DNA of 64,000 nucleotides from Xylophilus sp. (GCF_009914555.1 NZ_WNDY01000014.1); one strand, 5' to 3'. Shown: positions 37,600-47,688, numbered from the stretch's first letter. Program-made: numbers and translations. Notes: generated by a model from the sequence alone, not told the origin.

Positions 37600-38007
37600 A
37601 TGCAGACCCCTTCCAGCGCGCCGGCCGCCGAGCGCATCGTCACCAAACTCGACCATGCCCGCATCCTGCGCCTCGCGCGCGAGCGCGACGCCGAAGACCT
37701 TGCGGAGGCGGTGGACGCGGCCGACCTCGTCGCGCCGCAGGCCGTGCCGGCCGACGTGGTGACGATGAACACGCAGCTGCGCGCCGCCGCCGACGACGGC
37801 AGCGAACGTCGGATCACGTTGTGCTATCCGCAGGACGCCGACGCGGCGGCCGGGCGGCTGTCGGTGCTGTCGCCGGCCGGCACCGCGCTGCTCGGCCGGC
37901 GCGTCGGCACGCTGGCCCGCTGGACCGCGCCCGAAGGCCGCGACGCGGCGCTGCGCATCACCGCGATCGCGTTCCAGCCCGAGGCCAGCGGCGACTACCT
38001 CGCCTGA
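37600..38007 (+). CDS. rnk: Regulator of nucleoside diphosphate kinase Rnk (GreA/GreB C-terminal-domain family)
   Basis: 135 aa, ...VVTMNTQLR...ITLCYPQDADAAAGRLSVLSPAGTALLGRRVGTLARW...AFQPEASGDYLA. It closely parallels P. aeruginosa Rnk (VVTMNS...LVYP...LSVMAPVGAALLGLRVGD...YQPEAAGDYLL). Confidence 0.85.
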   Translation: MQTPSSAPAAERIVTKLDHARILRLARERDAEDLAEAVDAADLVAPQAVPADVVTMNTQLRAAADDGSERRITLCYPQDADAAAGRLSVLSPAGTALLGRRVGTLARWTAPEGRDAALRITAIAFQPEASGDYLA

Positions 38008-38016
38008 ACCGGCCGC

Positions 38017-39057
38017 CTACTTCGCGCGGCCGGCGATGGCCTTCTCGGCCGCGTTCACCAGGTCGCTGCCCACGGTGGACTTCCACTTGTCGTAGACCGG
38101 GCGCGTGGCCTTCACGAAGGCCTCGCGCTCGGCGGGCGACAGCTCGGTCACCGTCACGCCGTTGCCGGCCAGCTCCTTGAGCAGCGGCTTGTCGGCCTCC
38201 ACCAGGCCCTTGCGCGCGATGCCGATCTCTTCCTTGCCGGCATCGATCGCGGCCTGGCGGACGATCTCGCGGTCGGCCGGCGTCCAGCTGTTCCAGACGT
38301 CCTTGTTGACCACGAAGATCAGCGGATCGGCCACGTAGCCCCAGAGCGTCAGGTGCTTCTGGCCGACGGTGTGCAGCCTGGCGGCCTGGTAGACCGCCAG
38401 CGGGTTCTCCTGGCCGTCGACCGCGCCGCTGGCCAGCGCCGGCTGGGCGTCGGCCCAGCTCATCTGCGTCGGGTTGGCGCCGAGCGCGGTGAAGGTTTCG
38501 AGGAACAGCGGCGAGCCGACCACGCAGATCTTCAGGCCCTTCAGATCGGCCGGCGACTTGATCGCGTGCTTGGAGTTGCTGATCTCGCGGTAGCCGTTCT
38601 CGCCCCAGGCCAGCGGCACCACGCCGGCCCGGTCGATGGCCTGGAAGATGATCCTGCCGGGCTCGCCCTGCGTGAGCGCGTCGATGGCGGCGAAGTCGGG
38701 CGTGAGGAAGGGCAGCGAAAACAGGTTCAGCTGCTTGATCTGCGGCGACCAGTTGATGGTCGAGCCCACGGCCAGGTCGATCACGCCCTGGCGCAGCGCG
38801 GTGAATTCGCGCGTCTGGTCGCCCTGCACCAGCGAGGTGCCCGGGTAGAGCTTGATGTTGATGCGGCCCTGGGTGCGCTCGCGCACGAGGTTGGCCCAGA
38901 TCTCGCCGCCCTTGCCCCACGGGAAGGCGGTGCCCAGCACCAGCGACAGCTTGTACTCGGCCTTGTAGTGCTGCTGCTGCGCCTGGGCTGCGGGCGCGAG
39001 TGCGGCCAGCGTGGTCGCGGCGGCGGCCAGCGCGAGGAGGGAGCGGCGGAAGTTCAT
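38017..39057 (-). CDS. dctP: TRAP transporter substrate-binding protein DctP family
   Basis: 346 aa with a signal peptide ending APAAQAQ and DctP-family motifs (LYPGTSLVQGDQTREFTALRQGVIDLAV...GYREISN...DGQENPL). Confidence 0.9.
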   Translation of the reverse strand: MNFRRSLLALAAAATTLAALAPAAQAQQQHYKAEYKLSLVLGTAFPWGKGGEIWANLVRERTQGRINIKLYPGTSLVQGDQTREFTALRQGVIDLAVGSTINWSPQIKQLNLFSLPFLTPDFAAIDALTQGEPGRIIFQAIDRAGVVPLAWGENGYREISNSKHAIKSPADLKGLKICVVGSPLFLETFTALGANPTQMSWADAQPALASGAVDGQENPLAVYQAARLHTVGQKHLTLWGYVADPLIFVVNKDVWNSWTPADREIVRQAAIDAGKEEIGIARKGLVEADKPLLKELAGNGVTVTELSPAEREAFVKATRPVYDKWKSTVGSDLVNAAEKAIAGRAK

Positions 39058-39088
39058 GGGACGTCTCCTGGGTGTGAAAAACGGGAAT

Positions 39089-40387
39089 TCAGTAGCCGAG
39101 GCGTGCGGGCAGCCACAGCGCGAGCTGCGGCCAGGCGATCACCGCGACCATCACGAGGAACATCGCCAACAGCATCCAGCCGACCCAGCGCACGGTCTCC
39201 TCCATGCGCACGCCGGCGATGCGGCACGACACCATCAGGTTGACCGCCAGCGGCGGCGTGAACTGGCCCAGCGCCACCTTGAGCGTGAGGATCACGCCGA
39301 ACCACACCGGATCCCAGTGGTAGTGCTGCACGATCGGCCACAGGAGCGGCACGAAGATCAGGAAGATCGACACCCCGTCGAGGAACATGCCGACGGTGAT
39401 CAGCATCAGGATCAAGAGCGCCAGCACGCCGTATTCGCCGAGGCCGGAGTTCACGATGGCATGCGTGATCGGGTCGATCACGCCGAGCGTCGAAAGCGAG
39501 TAGGCGAAGATGCCCGCGAGCGAGACCACCAGCAGGATCACGGCCGACAGCTCGCCCGACTCGCGCAGGATCGGAAACAGGTCGCGCAGCCCGATGGTCC
39601 GGTGGACCGCCATGCCGACGAAGAGCCCGTAGAACACCGCGACCACCGCCGCCTCGGTCGGGGTGAACCAGCCGGCGCGCATGCCGCCCAGGATCAGCAC
39701 CGGCGCGGCCAGCCCCCAGACCGCCTCGCGCAGGCTCTTCCAGAACGCAGGACGGGGGAGGTATGCCTCTGCAGCGCCCATGCCATGCCGGCGAGCCAGC
39801 CATACCGCCGGGACTATTAGCGCAAGCCCGGCCAGCACGCCCGGGATCATGCCGGCCGCGAACAGCGCCGGCACCGAGGCGCCCGGCACCAGCACCGAAT
39901 AGACGATGAACGCGACCGACGGCGGGATCAGGATGTCGGTGGCCGCCGCGGCGCCCACGACGCTGGCCGAGAAGCTCGCCGGGTAGCCCGCACGCGACAT
40001 CGCCGCGATCATCACGCCGCCCACGGCCGCCGCGTTGGCCGGGCCCGAGCCCGAGATGCCGCCGAGGAACATCGCCACCGCGATCGCCACCAGCGGCAGC
40101 ATGCCCGGGCCGCGCCCGACGATGGCGACCGCGAAGTTCACCAGCCGCAGCGCCACGCCCGAGCGGTCGAAGATCGAGCCGACCAGCACGAACATCGGTA
40201 TCGCCAGCAGCGGGTACTTGCCCAGGCCCGCATAGAAGTTCTGCGGCACGGCCAGCAGACCGAACCACTGGGTGTCGAGGTTGGCCAGCGCGATCGCGGC
40301 CGCGCCGGCCAGGCCCAGGGCCGCGCCGATCGGCACGCCCAGCAGCATCATGAGCACGAACGCGGTGAAGAGCAGCGCGGCGATCAT
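39089..40387 (-). CDS. dctM: TRAP transporter large permease DctM family
   Basis: 432 aa from the internal ATG, polytopic, MIAALLFTAFVLMMLLGVPIGAALGLAG...AIPMFVLVGSIF...GGISGSGPANAAAVG. Confidence 0.9.
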   Translation of the reverse strand: MIAALLFTAFVLMMLLGVPIGAALGLAGAAAIALANLDTQWFGLLAVPQNFYAGLGKYPLLAIPMFVLVGSIFDRSGVALRLVNFAVAIVGRGPGMLPLVAIAVAMFLGGISGSGPANAAAVGGVMIAAMSRAGYPASFSASVVGAAAATDILIPPSVAFIVYSVLVPGASVPALFAAGMIPGVLAGLALIVPAVWLARRHGMGAAEAYLPRPAFWKSLREAVWGLAAPVLILGGMRAGWFTPTEAAVVAVFYGLFVGMAVHRTIGLRDLFPILRESGELSAVILLVVSLAGIFAYSLSTLGVIDPITHAIVNSGLGEYGVLALLILMLITVGMFLDGVSIFLIFVPLLWPIVQHYHWDPVWFGVILTLKVALGQFTPPLAVNLMVSCRIAGVRMEETVRWVGWMLLAMFLVMVAVIAWPQLALWLPARLGY

Positions 40388-40920
40388 GGCGCCGCGCCGG
40401 TCCGGCCGCGCCGCACGAACAGCCCCAGCGCGCGCAGCGCGATCGCCAGCGACACGATCGGCAGCCAGACCGAATACCACCACTGCGGCACGCCGATGCC
40501 CGGCGAGGTCTCCTCGAAGCGGAAGTCGTCCCACACCACGCGCACGCTGAGCACGGCCACCAGAGCGAACAGCAGCGCGACCGTCAGCGCGCCGAAGCGG
40601 GCCAGCGCACGGCGGCGCCGCGGGCTGCCGCGCTCGGCGAAGTATTCGATGCGGATGTGGCGGTCGCGCGCCACCGCGGCCGAGCCGGCCACCAGCGCCA
40701 GCACGATCATGAGGAAGACCGAGATCTCCTCGGTCCAGGCGAACGAGGTGTTGGTGAAATAGCGCACCAGCACGTTGGCGAAGGTGATCAACGCCAGCGC
40801 CGCCATGATGAGCACGGTCAGCCAGTCTTCGATCTTCAGGGGGACGCGGGTGTTCTCGTCGTCGGTCTGCGCGGTCGCGGAGGCGTCCGGCGCGGCGCCG
40901 GGCTCGGCGGGCAAAGGCAT
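40384..40920 (-). CDS. dctQ: TRAP transporter small permease DctQ family
   Basis: 178 aa with 4 TM helices, IEDWLTVLIMAALALITFANVLVRYFTNTSFAWTEEISVFLMIVL. ATGA-type 4-nt overlap with dctM. Confidence 0.85.
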   Translation of the reverse strand: MPLPAEPGAAPDASATAQTDDENTRVPLKIEDWLTVLIMAALALITFANVLVRYFTNTSFAWTEEISVFLMIVLALVAGSAAVARDRHIRIEYFAERGSPRRRRALARFGALTVALLFALVAVLSVRVVWDDFRFEETSPGIGVPQWWYSVWLPIVSLAIALRALGLFVRRGRTGAAP

Positions 40921-41038
40921 GGGCAAGCGGCTGGAGTGTTGTCTTCGTTGTGGCGGAGGACGGGCGCGCTGGCCCGCCCGCGGGCCCTGCGATGCTAGGC
41001 CAGCCGCCCGCGGGCGGCCTATACGGATTAACCGCAGT

Positions 41039-41071
41039 GTGCTGGACCTGTGCTGATCCCGTGCTGGAAAC
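41039..41071. repeat. Three tandem 11-bp direct repeats GTGCTG(G/A)nnnn (candidate operator) in the dctQ/tonB divergent intergenic region
   Basis: GTGCTGGACCT GTGCTGATCCC GTGCTGGAAAC, with a conserved heptamer at one helical-turn periodicity. Confidence 0.6.
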
Positions 41072-41258
41072 GGCTTCGTCGGTTTCGTCACTACCTTATC
41101 CAAACGTCTTATTTGCGCGACGGCGGGCACAAAAATACGATCGCTCCCCGTTTGCCGGCCTGCGTTTGATTTCCGTTGAGTGCGCCCGGTGTGCCGTTTG
41201 ACCGGGCCCGTGCGGCCCTGTGTCCGGAGCCTGCGGGCTCCGGCATCGAACTCCATTC

Positions 41259-41912
41259 ATGAGCTACGCCCAACCACCGAACCCTGCCCGCAAGGCTGCG
41301 GGCCTCGCCGCCATCGTCGGGCTGCACATCGGGGCCGCCTACCTGTTGACGACCGGCCTCGCGCGCGACGCGATCAAGACCGTGCTCAACCCGGTCGAGA
41401 CCACGATCATCGACGAGGTCAAGCCGCCCCCGCCGCCGCCCCCGCCGCCTCCGCCGCCCAAGCAGATCGTGCGCCAGCGCGCGCCCACGCCGCCGCCGCC
41501 GGTCTACGCGCCGCCGCCGGAGGTGAAGGTGGCCGCGCCGCCGGTCGAAAGCGTCGTCGCCACGCCGGTGCCCCCGCCGCCCGCACCGCCGCCGGAGCCG
41601 CCCGCGCCGCCGGCTCCGCCCGCACCGCCGCCGGCGCCGGCCATCGCGCAGGCCGGCATCGTCTGCCCCAACTCGGCCCAGGTGCGCGCCAACACCAGCT
41701 ATCCCGCCGCCGCCCAGCGCCGCAACATCACCGGCGACGTGCTGGTGGAGTTCCTCGTGTCGGCCGGCGGCGCGATCGAGAACGTGCGCGTGGTCAACCA
41801 GGCCAACAGCATCCTTGCGAACGCGGCCATCGAGGTCACGCGCAAGTTCCGCTGCGAAAGCCAGGGACGGCCGGTGCGCGTGCAGGTCTCCTACAGCTTC
41901 CAGATGAACTAG
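41259..41912 (+). CDS. tonB: Energy transducer TonB
   Basis: 217 aa with an N-terminal TM anchor (AGLAAIVGLHIGAAYLL), a long Pro-rich spacer (PPPPPPPPPPPP...) and a C-terminal TonB_C domain (YPAAAQRRNITGDVLVEFLVSAGGAIENVRVV). Confidence 0.85.
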   Translation: MSYAQPPNPARKAAGLAAIVGLHIGAAYLLTTGLARDAIKTVLNPVETTIIDEVKPPPPPPPPPPPPKQIVRQRAPTPPPPVYAPPPEVKVAAPPVESVVATPVPPPPAPPPEPPAPPAPPAPPPAPAIAQAGIVCPNSAQVRANTSYPAAAQRRNITGDVLVEFLVSAGGAIENVRVVNQANSILANAAIEVTRKFRCESQGRPVRVQVSYSFQMN

Positions 41913-42004
41913 CGCGGCGCCGCCGCGCCGCTTTTCGCCCCTTTCCGTTGCTTCCTTCCTCGTTCCTGCCTTTTTCGACCTCTCAATCCACGGAGTCACC
42001 TCAC

Positions 42005-42808
42005 ATGTCCGCTACCTTCCGCCTGCGCGCCGGCGCGCGTCCGGCCGCCATCGCCCTGGCCCTGCTGTTCGCCGGCGCCGCGGCGCTCGCCCAGGAGGCC
42101 CAGCCCGCGGTCGCCGCGGCAGCCGCCGCCACGACCACCCACACCACCGGCAACCCCTACGGCATCCAGGCCCTGTGGGACGGCAGCGACGTCGTGGCCA
42201 AGGGCACGCTGCTGATCCTGGCGGTCATGTCGCTGGGCAGCTGGTACATCATCCTCGGCAAGCTGCTGGAGCAGGCGCGCATCAAGCGCTTCGCCCGCGA
42301 GAGCACCCAGCTCTGGAAGGCCGAGCGGGTCGACGCGCAGCACATCGCCCGGCTCAAGGACAAGAGCCCGTTCCGCTACATCGCCGAGACCGGCCTGGGC
42401 TCGGTCGGCAAGCACTCCGCCGTCGGCCGTCACATCACCTTCAACGACTGGCTCGCGCTGTCGATCCAGCAGCCGATCGACGTGGTGCAGAACCGCCTGC
42501 AGGGCGGCCTCGCGTTCCTCGCGACCGTGGGCTCGACCGCGCCGTTCGTCGGCCTGTTCGGCACCGTCTGGGGCATCTACCATGCGCTGACCGCCATCGG
42601 CCTGTCGGGCCAGGCGTCGATCGACAAGGTCGCCGGCCCGGTCGGCGAGGCGCTGATCATGACGGCCATCGGCCTCGCCGTGGCCGTGCCGGCGGTGCTC
42701 GGCTACAACTGGCTGGTCCGCCGCAACAAGGTGGCGCTCGACGACATCCGCAACTTCGGCTCCAGCCTGCATTCGGCGCTGCTGGCCACGCCGGTGCCCG
42801 CGCACTGA
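42005..42808 (+). CDS. exbB: TonB-system proton channel ExbB (MotA/TolQ/ExbB family) with an N-terminal signal-like extension
   Basis: 267 aa with GGLAFLATVGSTAPFVGLFGTVWGIYHAL...VAGPVGEALIMTAIGLAVAVPAVLGYNWL. Confidence 0.9.
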   Translation: MSATFRLRAGARPAAIALALLFAGAAALAQEAQPAVAAAAAATTTHTTGNPYGIQALWDGSDVVAKGTLLILAVMSLGSWYIILGKLLEQARIKRFARESTQLWKAERVDAQHIARLKDKSPFRYIAETGLGSVGKHSAVGRHITFNDWLALSIQQPIDVVQNRLQGGLAFLATVGSTAPFVGLFGTVWGIYHALTAIGLSGQASIDKVAGPVGEALIMTAIGLAVAVPAVLGYNWLVRRNKVALDDIRNFGSSLHSALLATPVPAH

Positions 42809-42826
42809 ACCAGGAGGCATCCCGCC

Positions 42827-43252
42827 ATGGGCATGCAGGTAGGCGCCGAGGGCGCAGACGACGACGTGGTCTCGGCCATCAACACCACGCCGCTGGTCGA
42901 CGTGATGCTGGTGCTGCTGATCATCTTCCTGATCACGATCCCGGTGGCCACGCAGGCGATCACCGTGGCGCTGCCCAGCGAGACCGCGGTGCCGCGCGAG
43001 AGCAAGCCCGACACGGTCAGCCTCGGCGTGGACCGCGACGGCAACCTCTACTGGAACACGACCAAGGTGGCCGACGAGGACGCGCTCGTGGAGCGGCTCA
43101 AGACCGTCTCGGTCAAGGTGCCGCAGCCCGAGATCCAGATCCGCGGCGACCAGGACACGCCTTACCACTACGTCGCCCGCCTGGTCAAGGCGAGCCAGCG
43201 TGCGGGCATCCAGAAGGTCGGCTTCATCACCGAGCCGCCGCCGCGTTCCTGA
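42827..43252 (+). CDS. exbD: TonB-system protein ExbD (copy 1)
   Basis: 141 aa with [20 protein letters not shown], the ExbD/TolR family signature. Confidence 0.9.
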   Translation: MGMQVGAEGADDDVVSAINTTPLVDVMLVLLIIFLITIPVATQAITVALPSETAVPRESKPDTVSLGVDRDGNLYWNTTKVADEDALVERLKTVSVKVPQPEIQIRGDQDTPYHYVARLVKASQRAGIQKVGFITEPPPRS

Positions 43253-43279
43253 GCGGCGGGACTACCAGAGACTCGCGCC

Positions 43280-43696
43280 ATGCCCCTGCCTTCCGCCGCC
43301 GCCCCATCCGACCCCCAGGTCCTGGTGGACATCAACACCACGCCGCTGATCGACGTGATGCTGGTGCTGCTGATCATGCTGATCATCACCATCCCGATCC
43401 AGCTGCACAGCGTGAACCTCAATCTGCCGACGCCCTCGCCGAACCCGCCCCAGAAGCCGCCCGAGGTGGTACAGCTGCAGGTGCAGGCCAACGGCAGCTA
43501 TATCTGGAACGGCGAGCCGGTCGCCAATGCCGGCGAACTGCAAAGCCGCCTGCACGCGATCGCCGTCCGCGCCGAGGTGCCCGAGCTGCACATCAAGCCC
43601 GAGCGCGACGCCCACTACAAGTACGTCGCCACCGCGCTCGCGGGCGCGCAGCGCGAGGGGCTCAAGAAGCTGGGCATCGTCAACAGCGCTGAGTGA
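43280..43696 (+). CDS. exbD: TonB-system protein ExbD (copy 2)
   Basis: 138 aa with [20 protein letters not shown], ExbD/TolR family. Confidence 0.9.
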   Translation: MPLPSAAAPSDPQVLVDINTTPLIDVMLVLLIMLIITIPIQLHSVNLNLPTPSPNPPQKPPEVVQLQVQANGSYIWNGEPVANAGELQSRLHAIAVRAEVPELHIKPERDAHYKYVATALAGAQREGLKKLGIVNSAE

Positions 43697-43704
43697 TTCT
43701 CCCA

Positions 43705-43790
43705 CCCCCCGAGGTGCTGCGCGCCTGCCCCTCAAGGGAGGCGACGCCAGCGCGGCGGGATGGCCCCTGCGCGGCGTCCGCCGGCCCAGG
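43705..43790. repeat. REP-like GC-rich palindromic intergenic element, copy B
   Basis: CCCCCCGAGGTGCTGCGCGCCTGCCCC-tcaa-GGGAGGCGACGCCAGCGCGGCGGGATGGCCCCTGCGCGGCGTCCGCCGGC. It is related to the reverse complement of 18241..18347 and contains an internal stem GGCGACGCC/GGCGTCCGCC. Confidence 0.5.
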
Positions 43791-43853
43791 CCGTGCGGAG
43801 GCGGGCATCGTGGGCGGTGCAAAATAGCGGGCCTTCCATTGCCGCGCTCCTCC

Positions 43854-44474
43854 ATGGACTATCCCGGAAACCTCTTCGTCGTCGCTGCACCGAGTGGTGC
43901 CGGCAAGTCCAGCCTTGTGAAGGCGCTGCTGGAGGTCGACTCGCACGTGCGGCTGTCGGTGTCGCACACCACCCGGCCGTCGCGCGGGCAGGAAAAGCAC
44001 GGGCGCGAATATTTTTTCGCGTCCGAATCCGAGTTCGACGCGATGGTCGAGGCCCGCGCCTTCGTCGAATGGGCCCATGTGCACGGCCGCCGCTACGGCA
44101 CCTCGCGCCGCGCCATCGAGGAGCGCATCGCCCAGGGCGCCGACGTGATTCTGGAAATCGACTACCAGGGCGCCCTGCAGATCCGCGAGTATTTCTCCAA
44201 CGCCGTGCTGATCTTCATCCTGCCGCCGAGCTGGGAAGAACTGCGCTCGCGTCTGGAGCGCCGCGGCGAGGATGCGGCCGACGTGATCGAGCTGCGCCTG
44301 CGCAATGCCGAGGTCGAGCTGGCCCAGGCCAGCAAATTCGACTTCGTTATAATCAACGAGTTGTTCGATCGCGCGCTTTTCGACCTGAAAGCCATCGTCC
44401 ACGCACAGCGGCTCAGGTATGCGGCCCAGCGCCGGGCCCGCGCCGACACCTTCCGCTCCCTGCACATCGCCTGA
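43854..44474 (+). CDS. gmk: Guanylate kinase
   Basis: 206 aa with the P-loop [10 protein letters not shown], plus [21 protein letters not shown] and ...ILEIDYQGA. Confidence 0.95.
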   Translation: MDYPGNLFVVAAPSGAGKSSLVKALLEVDSHVRLSVSHTTRPSRGQEKHGREYFFASESEFDAMVEARAFVEWAHVHGRRYGTSRRAIEERIAQGADVILEIDYQGALQIREYFSNAVLIFILPPSWEELRSRLERRGEDAADVIELRLRNAEVELAQASKFDFVIINELFDRALFDLKAIVHAQRLRYAAQRRARADTFRSLHIA

Positions 44475-44511
44475 TCCTCTTCATCGGACTCTTTTTCGGA
44501 GAAATCCCCTC

Positions 44512-44715
44512 ATGGCCCGCATTACCGTCGAAGACTGCCTGGTGAACATCCCCAACCGCTTCCAGCTGGTCCTGGCCGCCACCTACCGCGCACGCATGCT
44601 GAGCCAGGGCCATGCGCCCCGCATCGAAAGCAAGAACAAGCCCGGCGTGACCGCGCTGCGCGAAATCGCCGAAGGCAAGGTCGGTCTGGAGATGCTCAAG
44701 AAGGTTCCGGGCTGA
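44512..44715 (+). CDS. rpoZ: DNA-directed RNA polymerase subunit omega
   Basis: 67 aa, [30 protein letters not shown], the canonical RpoZ N-terminus. The gmk-rpoZ-spoT synteny is present. Confidence 0.9.
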   Translation: MARITVEDCLVNIPNRFQLVLAATYRARMLSQGHAPRIESKNKPGVTALREIAEGKVGLEMLKKVPG

Positions 44716-44734
44716 TCGGCCGGCTTTCACTGCC

Positions 44735-44762
44735 AAAGGCACCGCATCGCGGTGCCTTTTTC
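44735..44762 (+). terminator. Rho-independent terminator after rpoZ
   Basis: AAAGGCACCGC-atc-GCGGTGCCTTT followed by TT(C)GTT. Confidence 0.7.
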
Positions 44763-44806
44763 GTTGGCGGTTGCCTGCTGCTGGTGCATAGACGGTAAAG
44801 TAAGGC

Positions 44807-47116
44807 ATGAACGTGGTGCTGAAACAACCTGCGCCGCCGCAGGCGGCGGCGCCCGGCCAGGGCGTGCCCGCGACGGGCGGCACGGCCGGGGCCGCGGCTG
44901 CGGCCAGCGCGGCGGCGGCTGCCGCCAATGCCGCAGCCGCCAGCTTCGCGGCGCTGACGGCCCGCCTGGACTACCTGGGCGCCGCCGGCGTCGAGCAGGT
45001 GCGCCAGGCCTACCGCTTCGCCGACGAGGCCCACCTCGGCCAGCTGCGCAACAGCGGCGAGCCCTACATCACCCATCCCATCGCCGTGGCCGCGCAGTGC
45101 GCGGAATGGAAGCTCGATACCCAGGCGCTGATGGCCGCGCTGCTGCACGATGCGATGGAGGACTGCGGCGTCACCAAGCCCGACCTGATCGACCGCTTCG
45201 GCGCGCCGGTGGCCGAGCTGGTCGACGGCCTGACCAAGCTCGACAAGCTCCAGTTCAACACCCGCGAGGAAAGCCAGGCCGAGTCGTTCCGCAAGATGCT
45301 GCTGGCCATGGCGCGCGATGTGCGCGTCATCCTCATCAAGCTGGCCGACCGCATCCACAACATGCGCACCATGGGCGACATGCCGCGCAGCAAGTGGGGC
45401 CGCATCTCGCGCGAGACACTCGACATCTACGCGCCGATCGCCCACCGCCTGGGCCTGAACGAAGCCTACCGCGAGCTGCAGGACCTGTCGTTCCACCACC
45501 TGCATCCCTGGCGCTACGCCACGCTGTCGAAGGCCGTGGCCAAGGCGCGCAACCGCCGCCGCGACCTGGTGCAGAAGGTGCAGGCCGACGTCGACGCGGC
45601 GCTGACGGCCGCCGGCCTCAAGGCCCGGCTCGCGGGCCGCGAGAAGACCCTGTTCGCCATCTACCAGAAGATGGAGGACAAGCACCTGAGCTTCGCCCAG
45701 GTGACCGATATCTACGGCTTCCGCGTGATCGTGCCGACGGTGACCGAGTGCTACACCGCGCTCGGCATCCTGCACCAGATGTACAAGCCGGTGCCCGGCA
45801 AGTTCAAGGACCACATCGCGATCGCCAAGCTCAACGGCTACCAGTCGCTGCACACGACGCTGGTCGGCCCCTCGGGCGTGAACATCGAGTTCCAGATGCG
45901 CACCGAGGAGATGAACGTGGTGGCCGAATCCGGCGTGGCCGCCCACTGGCTCTACAAGGCCAAGGATGCGGGCAGCTCGGCCTCGGAGCGGCTGGGCACG
46001 CAGTGGCTGCAGTCGCTGCTCGACATCCAGAACGAGACGCGCGACGCCGCCGAGTTCTGGGACCACGTCAAGGTCGACCTGTTCCCCGATGCGGTCTACG
46101 TCTTCACGCCGCGCAGCCAGATCATGGCGCTGCCGCGCGGCGCCACGGTGGTCGACTTCGCCTACGCGATCCACAGCAACGTGGGCGACCGCACCGTGTC
46201 GGCCCGCATCAACGGCGAGCCGGTGCCGCTGCGCCACGAGCTGACCAACGGCGACGTGGTCGAGGTGGTGGCCGACCCGACCGCCGAGCCCAATCCGGCC
46301 TGGCTCAGCTTCGTGCGCACCGGCCGGGCGCGCTCGAAGATCCGCCACTTCCTCAAGACGATGGCGCAGAACGAGTCGGAGAACCTCGGTGAGCGGCTGC
46401 TGGTGCAGGCGCTGCGCGCCGAGGGCATCGAGCAGCTGCCGGGCGAGGACGACGCCGACTTCCAGCCGCTGTGGGAGCGGCTGCTGCGCTTCACCGGCAA
46501 CCGCAATCGCGCCGAGCTGCTGACCGACATCGGCCTGGGCAAGCGCATCGCGAGCATCGTGACCAAGCGCCTGGTGCTGCTGCTGACCGAGCTGGGCCAC
46601 CGGCCCGACGCGCTGCTGCTCTCGCGCGAGCGCTTCACCTCGCACGAGCACCTGACGCAGGGCGCCGTGGTGCTCGACGGCAGCGAGAATGCGTCGATCC
46701 AGTACGCCTCGTGCTGCCGCCCGATTCCCGGCGACGCCATCGTCGGCTACATGGGCCGCGGCGAGGGCCTGGCCGTGCACACGGCCGACTGCGCGGTGGC
46801 GCGGCGGCTGCAGCACAAGGACGGCGAGCGCTTCATCGCGGTCGAATGGGCCGACGAGCCGGTGCGCATGTTCGAGACCGGCGTGGTCATCACCGTGACC
46901 AACCGCAAGGGCGTGCTCGCGCGCGTGACGGCCGAGCTGGCCCGGGCCGAGGCCGACATCACCAACGTCGACATGGGCGAGCAGGGTTCCGAGGGCACGA
47001 CCGACCTGCGCTTCGTGCTCGCGGTGCGCGACCAGCAGCACCTCGAAGCCGCGCTGCGCAACCTGCGGCGCACGCCGCAGGTGGTGCGGGCGGCCAGGAT
47101 CCGCCCGGCCGAGTGA
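44807..47116 (+). CDS. spoT: Bifunctional (p)ppGpp synthetase/hydrolase SpoT/RelA-family (RSH)
   Basis: 769 aa with an HD domain (EPYITHPIAVA...LLHDAMED), a RelA_SpoT synthetase domain (IYGFRVIV...GYQSLHTTL), then TGS and ACT domains. Confidence 0.95.
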   Translation: MNVVLKQPAPPQAAAPGQGVPATGGTAGAAAAASAAAAAANAAAASFAALTARLDYLGAAGVEQVRQAYRFADEAHLGQLRNSGEPYITHPIAVAAQCAEWKLDTQALMAALLHDAMEDCGVTKPDLIDRFGAPVAELVDGLTKLDKLQFNTREESQAESFRKMLLAMARDVRVILIKLADRIHNMRTMGDMPRSKWGRISRETLDIYAPIAHRLGLNEAYRELQDLSFHHLHPWRYATLSKAVAKARNRRRDLVQKVQADVDAALTAAGLKARLAGREKTLFAIYQKMEDKHLSFAQVTDIYGFRVIVPTVTECYTALGILHQMYKPVPGKFKDHIAIAKLNGYQSLHTTLVGPSGVNIEFQMRTEEMNVVAESGVAAHWLYKAKDAGSSASERLGTQWLQSLLDIQNETRDAAEFWDHVKVDLFPDAVYVFTPRSQIMALPRGATVVDFAYAIHSNVGDRTVSARINGEPVPLRHELTNGDVVEVVADPTAEPNPAWLSFVRTGRARSKIRHFLKTMAQNESENLGERLLVQALRAEGIEQLPGEDDADFQPLWERLLRFTGNRNRAELLTDIGLGKRIASIVTKRLVLLLTELGHRPDALLLSRERFTSHEHLTQGAVVLDGSENASIQYASCCRPIPGDAIVGYMGRGEGLAVHTADCAVARRLQHKDGERFIAVEWADEPVRMFETGVVITVTNRKGVLARVTAELARAEADITNVDMGEQGSEGTTDLRFVLAVRDQQHLEAALRNLRRTPQVVRAARIRPAE

Positions 47117-47127
47117 TCCGGGCTCGC

Positions 47128-47688
47128 TCAGGCCGCCGGGTAGCGCACCGCCAGGATCTCCAGCTCGCGCACGCCGGCCGGCGTCGGCAGTTTCACCACG
47201 TCGCCCTCGCGCGCCTTGAGCAGCGCGCGCGCCACCGGCGAGATCCAGCTGACCTGGCCCTGGTGGTTGTCCGCCTCGTCGATGCCGAGGATGGTGATGG
47301 TGCGCTCTTCGCCCAGGTCGTCCACGTAGGTGACGGTCGCGCCGAAGAAGATCTGGTCGCTGCCGGCGTGGACCGACGGGTCGGTCACCTCGGCGATCTC
47401 CAGCCGCTTGGTGAGGAAGCGGATGCGCCGGTCGATCTCGCGCAGCCGCTTCTTGCCGTAGAGGTAGTCGCCGTTCTCCGAGCGGTCGCCGTTCTTCGCG
47501 GCCCAGTGCACCGCCTCGACGACCTTGGGGCGCTCCTCGTCGATCAGCGCCAGCAGTTCGCCACGCAGCCGGGCGTGGCCCTGCGGCGTCATGTAGTTCC
47601 TGCCGCCGGGCGGCAGGGGCGGCAGGCCGATGTCGCCATCGTCGTCATCGCCGGCCGCGTCGTTCTCGCGTGTGAAAGCCTTGCTCAT
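47128..47688 (-). CDS. greB: Transcription elongation factor GreB
   Basis: 186 aa, NYMTPQGHARLRGELLALIDEERPKVVEAVHWAAKNGDRSENGDYLYGKKRLREIDRRIRFL plus a C-terminal FKBP-like domain. Confidence 0.9.
   Translation of the reverse strand: MSKAFTRENDAAGDDDDGDIGLPPLPPGGRNYMTPQGHARLRGELLALIDEERPKVVEAVHWAAKNGDRSENGDYLYGKKRLREIDRRIRFLTKRLEIAEVTDPSVHAGSDQIFFGATVTYVDDLGEERTITILGIDEADNHQGQVSWISPVARALLKAREGDVVKLPTPAGVRELEILAVRYPAA

Noticed and set aside
41400-41660. Proline-rich repetitive DNA in tonB, and the Ala/Pro-rich tails of motB, fliK and fliL, as repeats of interest
   Set aside because: These are ordinary low-complexity linker regions characteristic of these protein families, not independent repeat elements.
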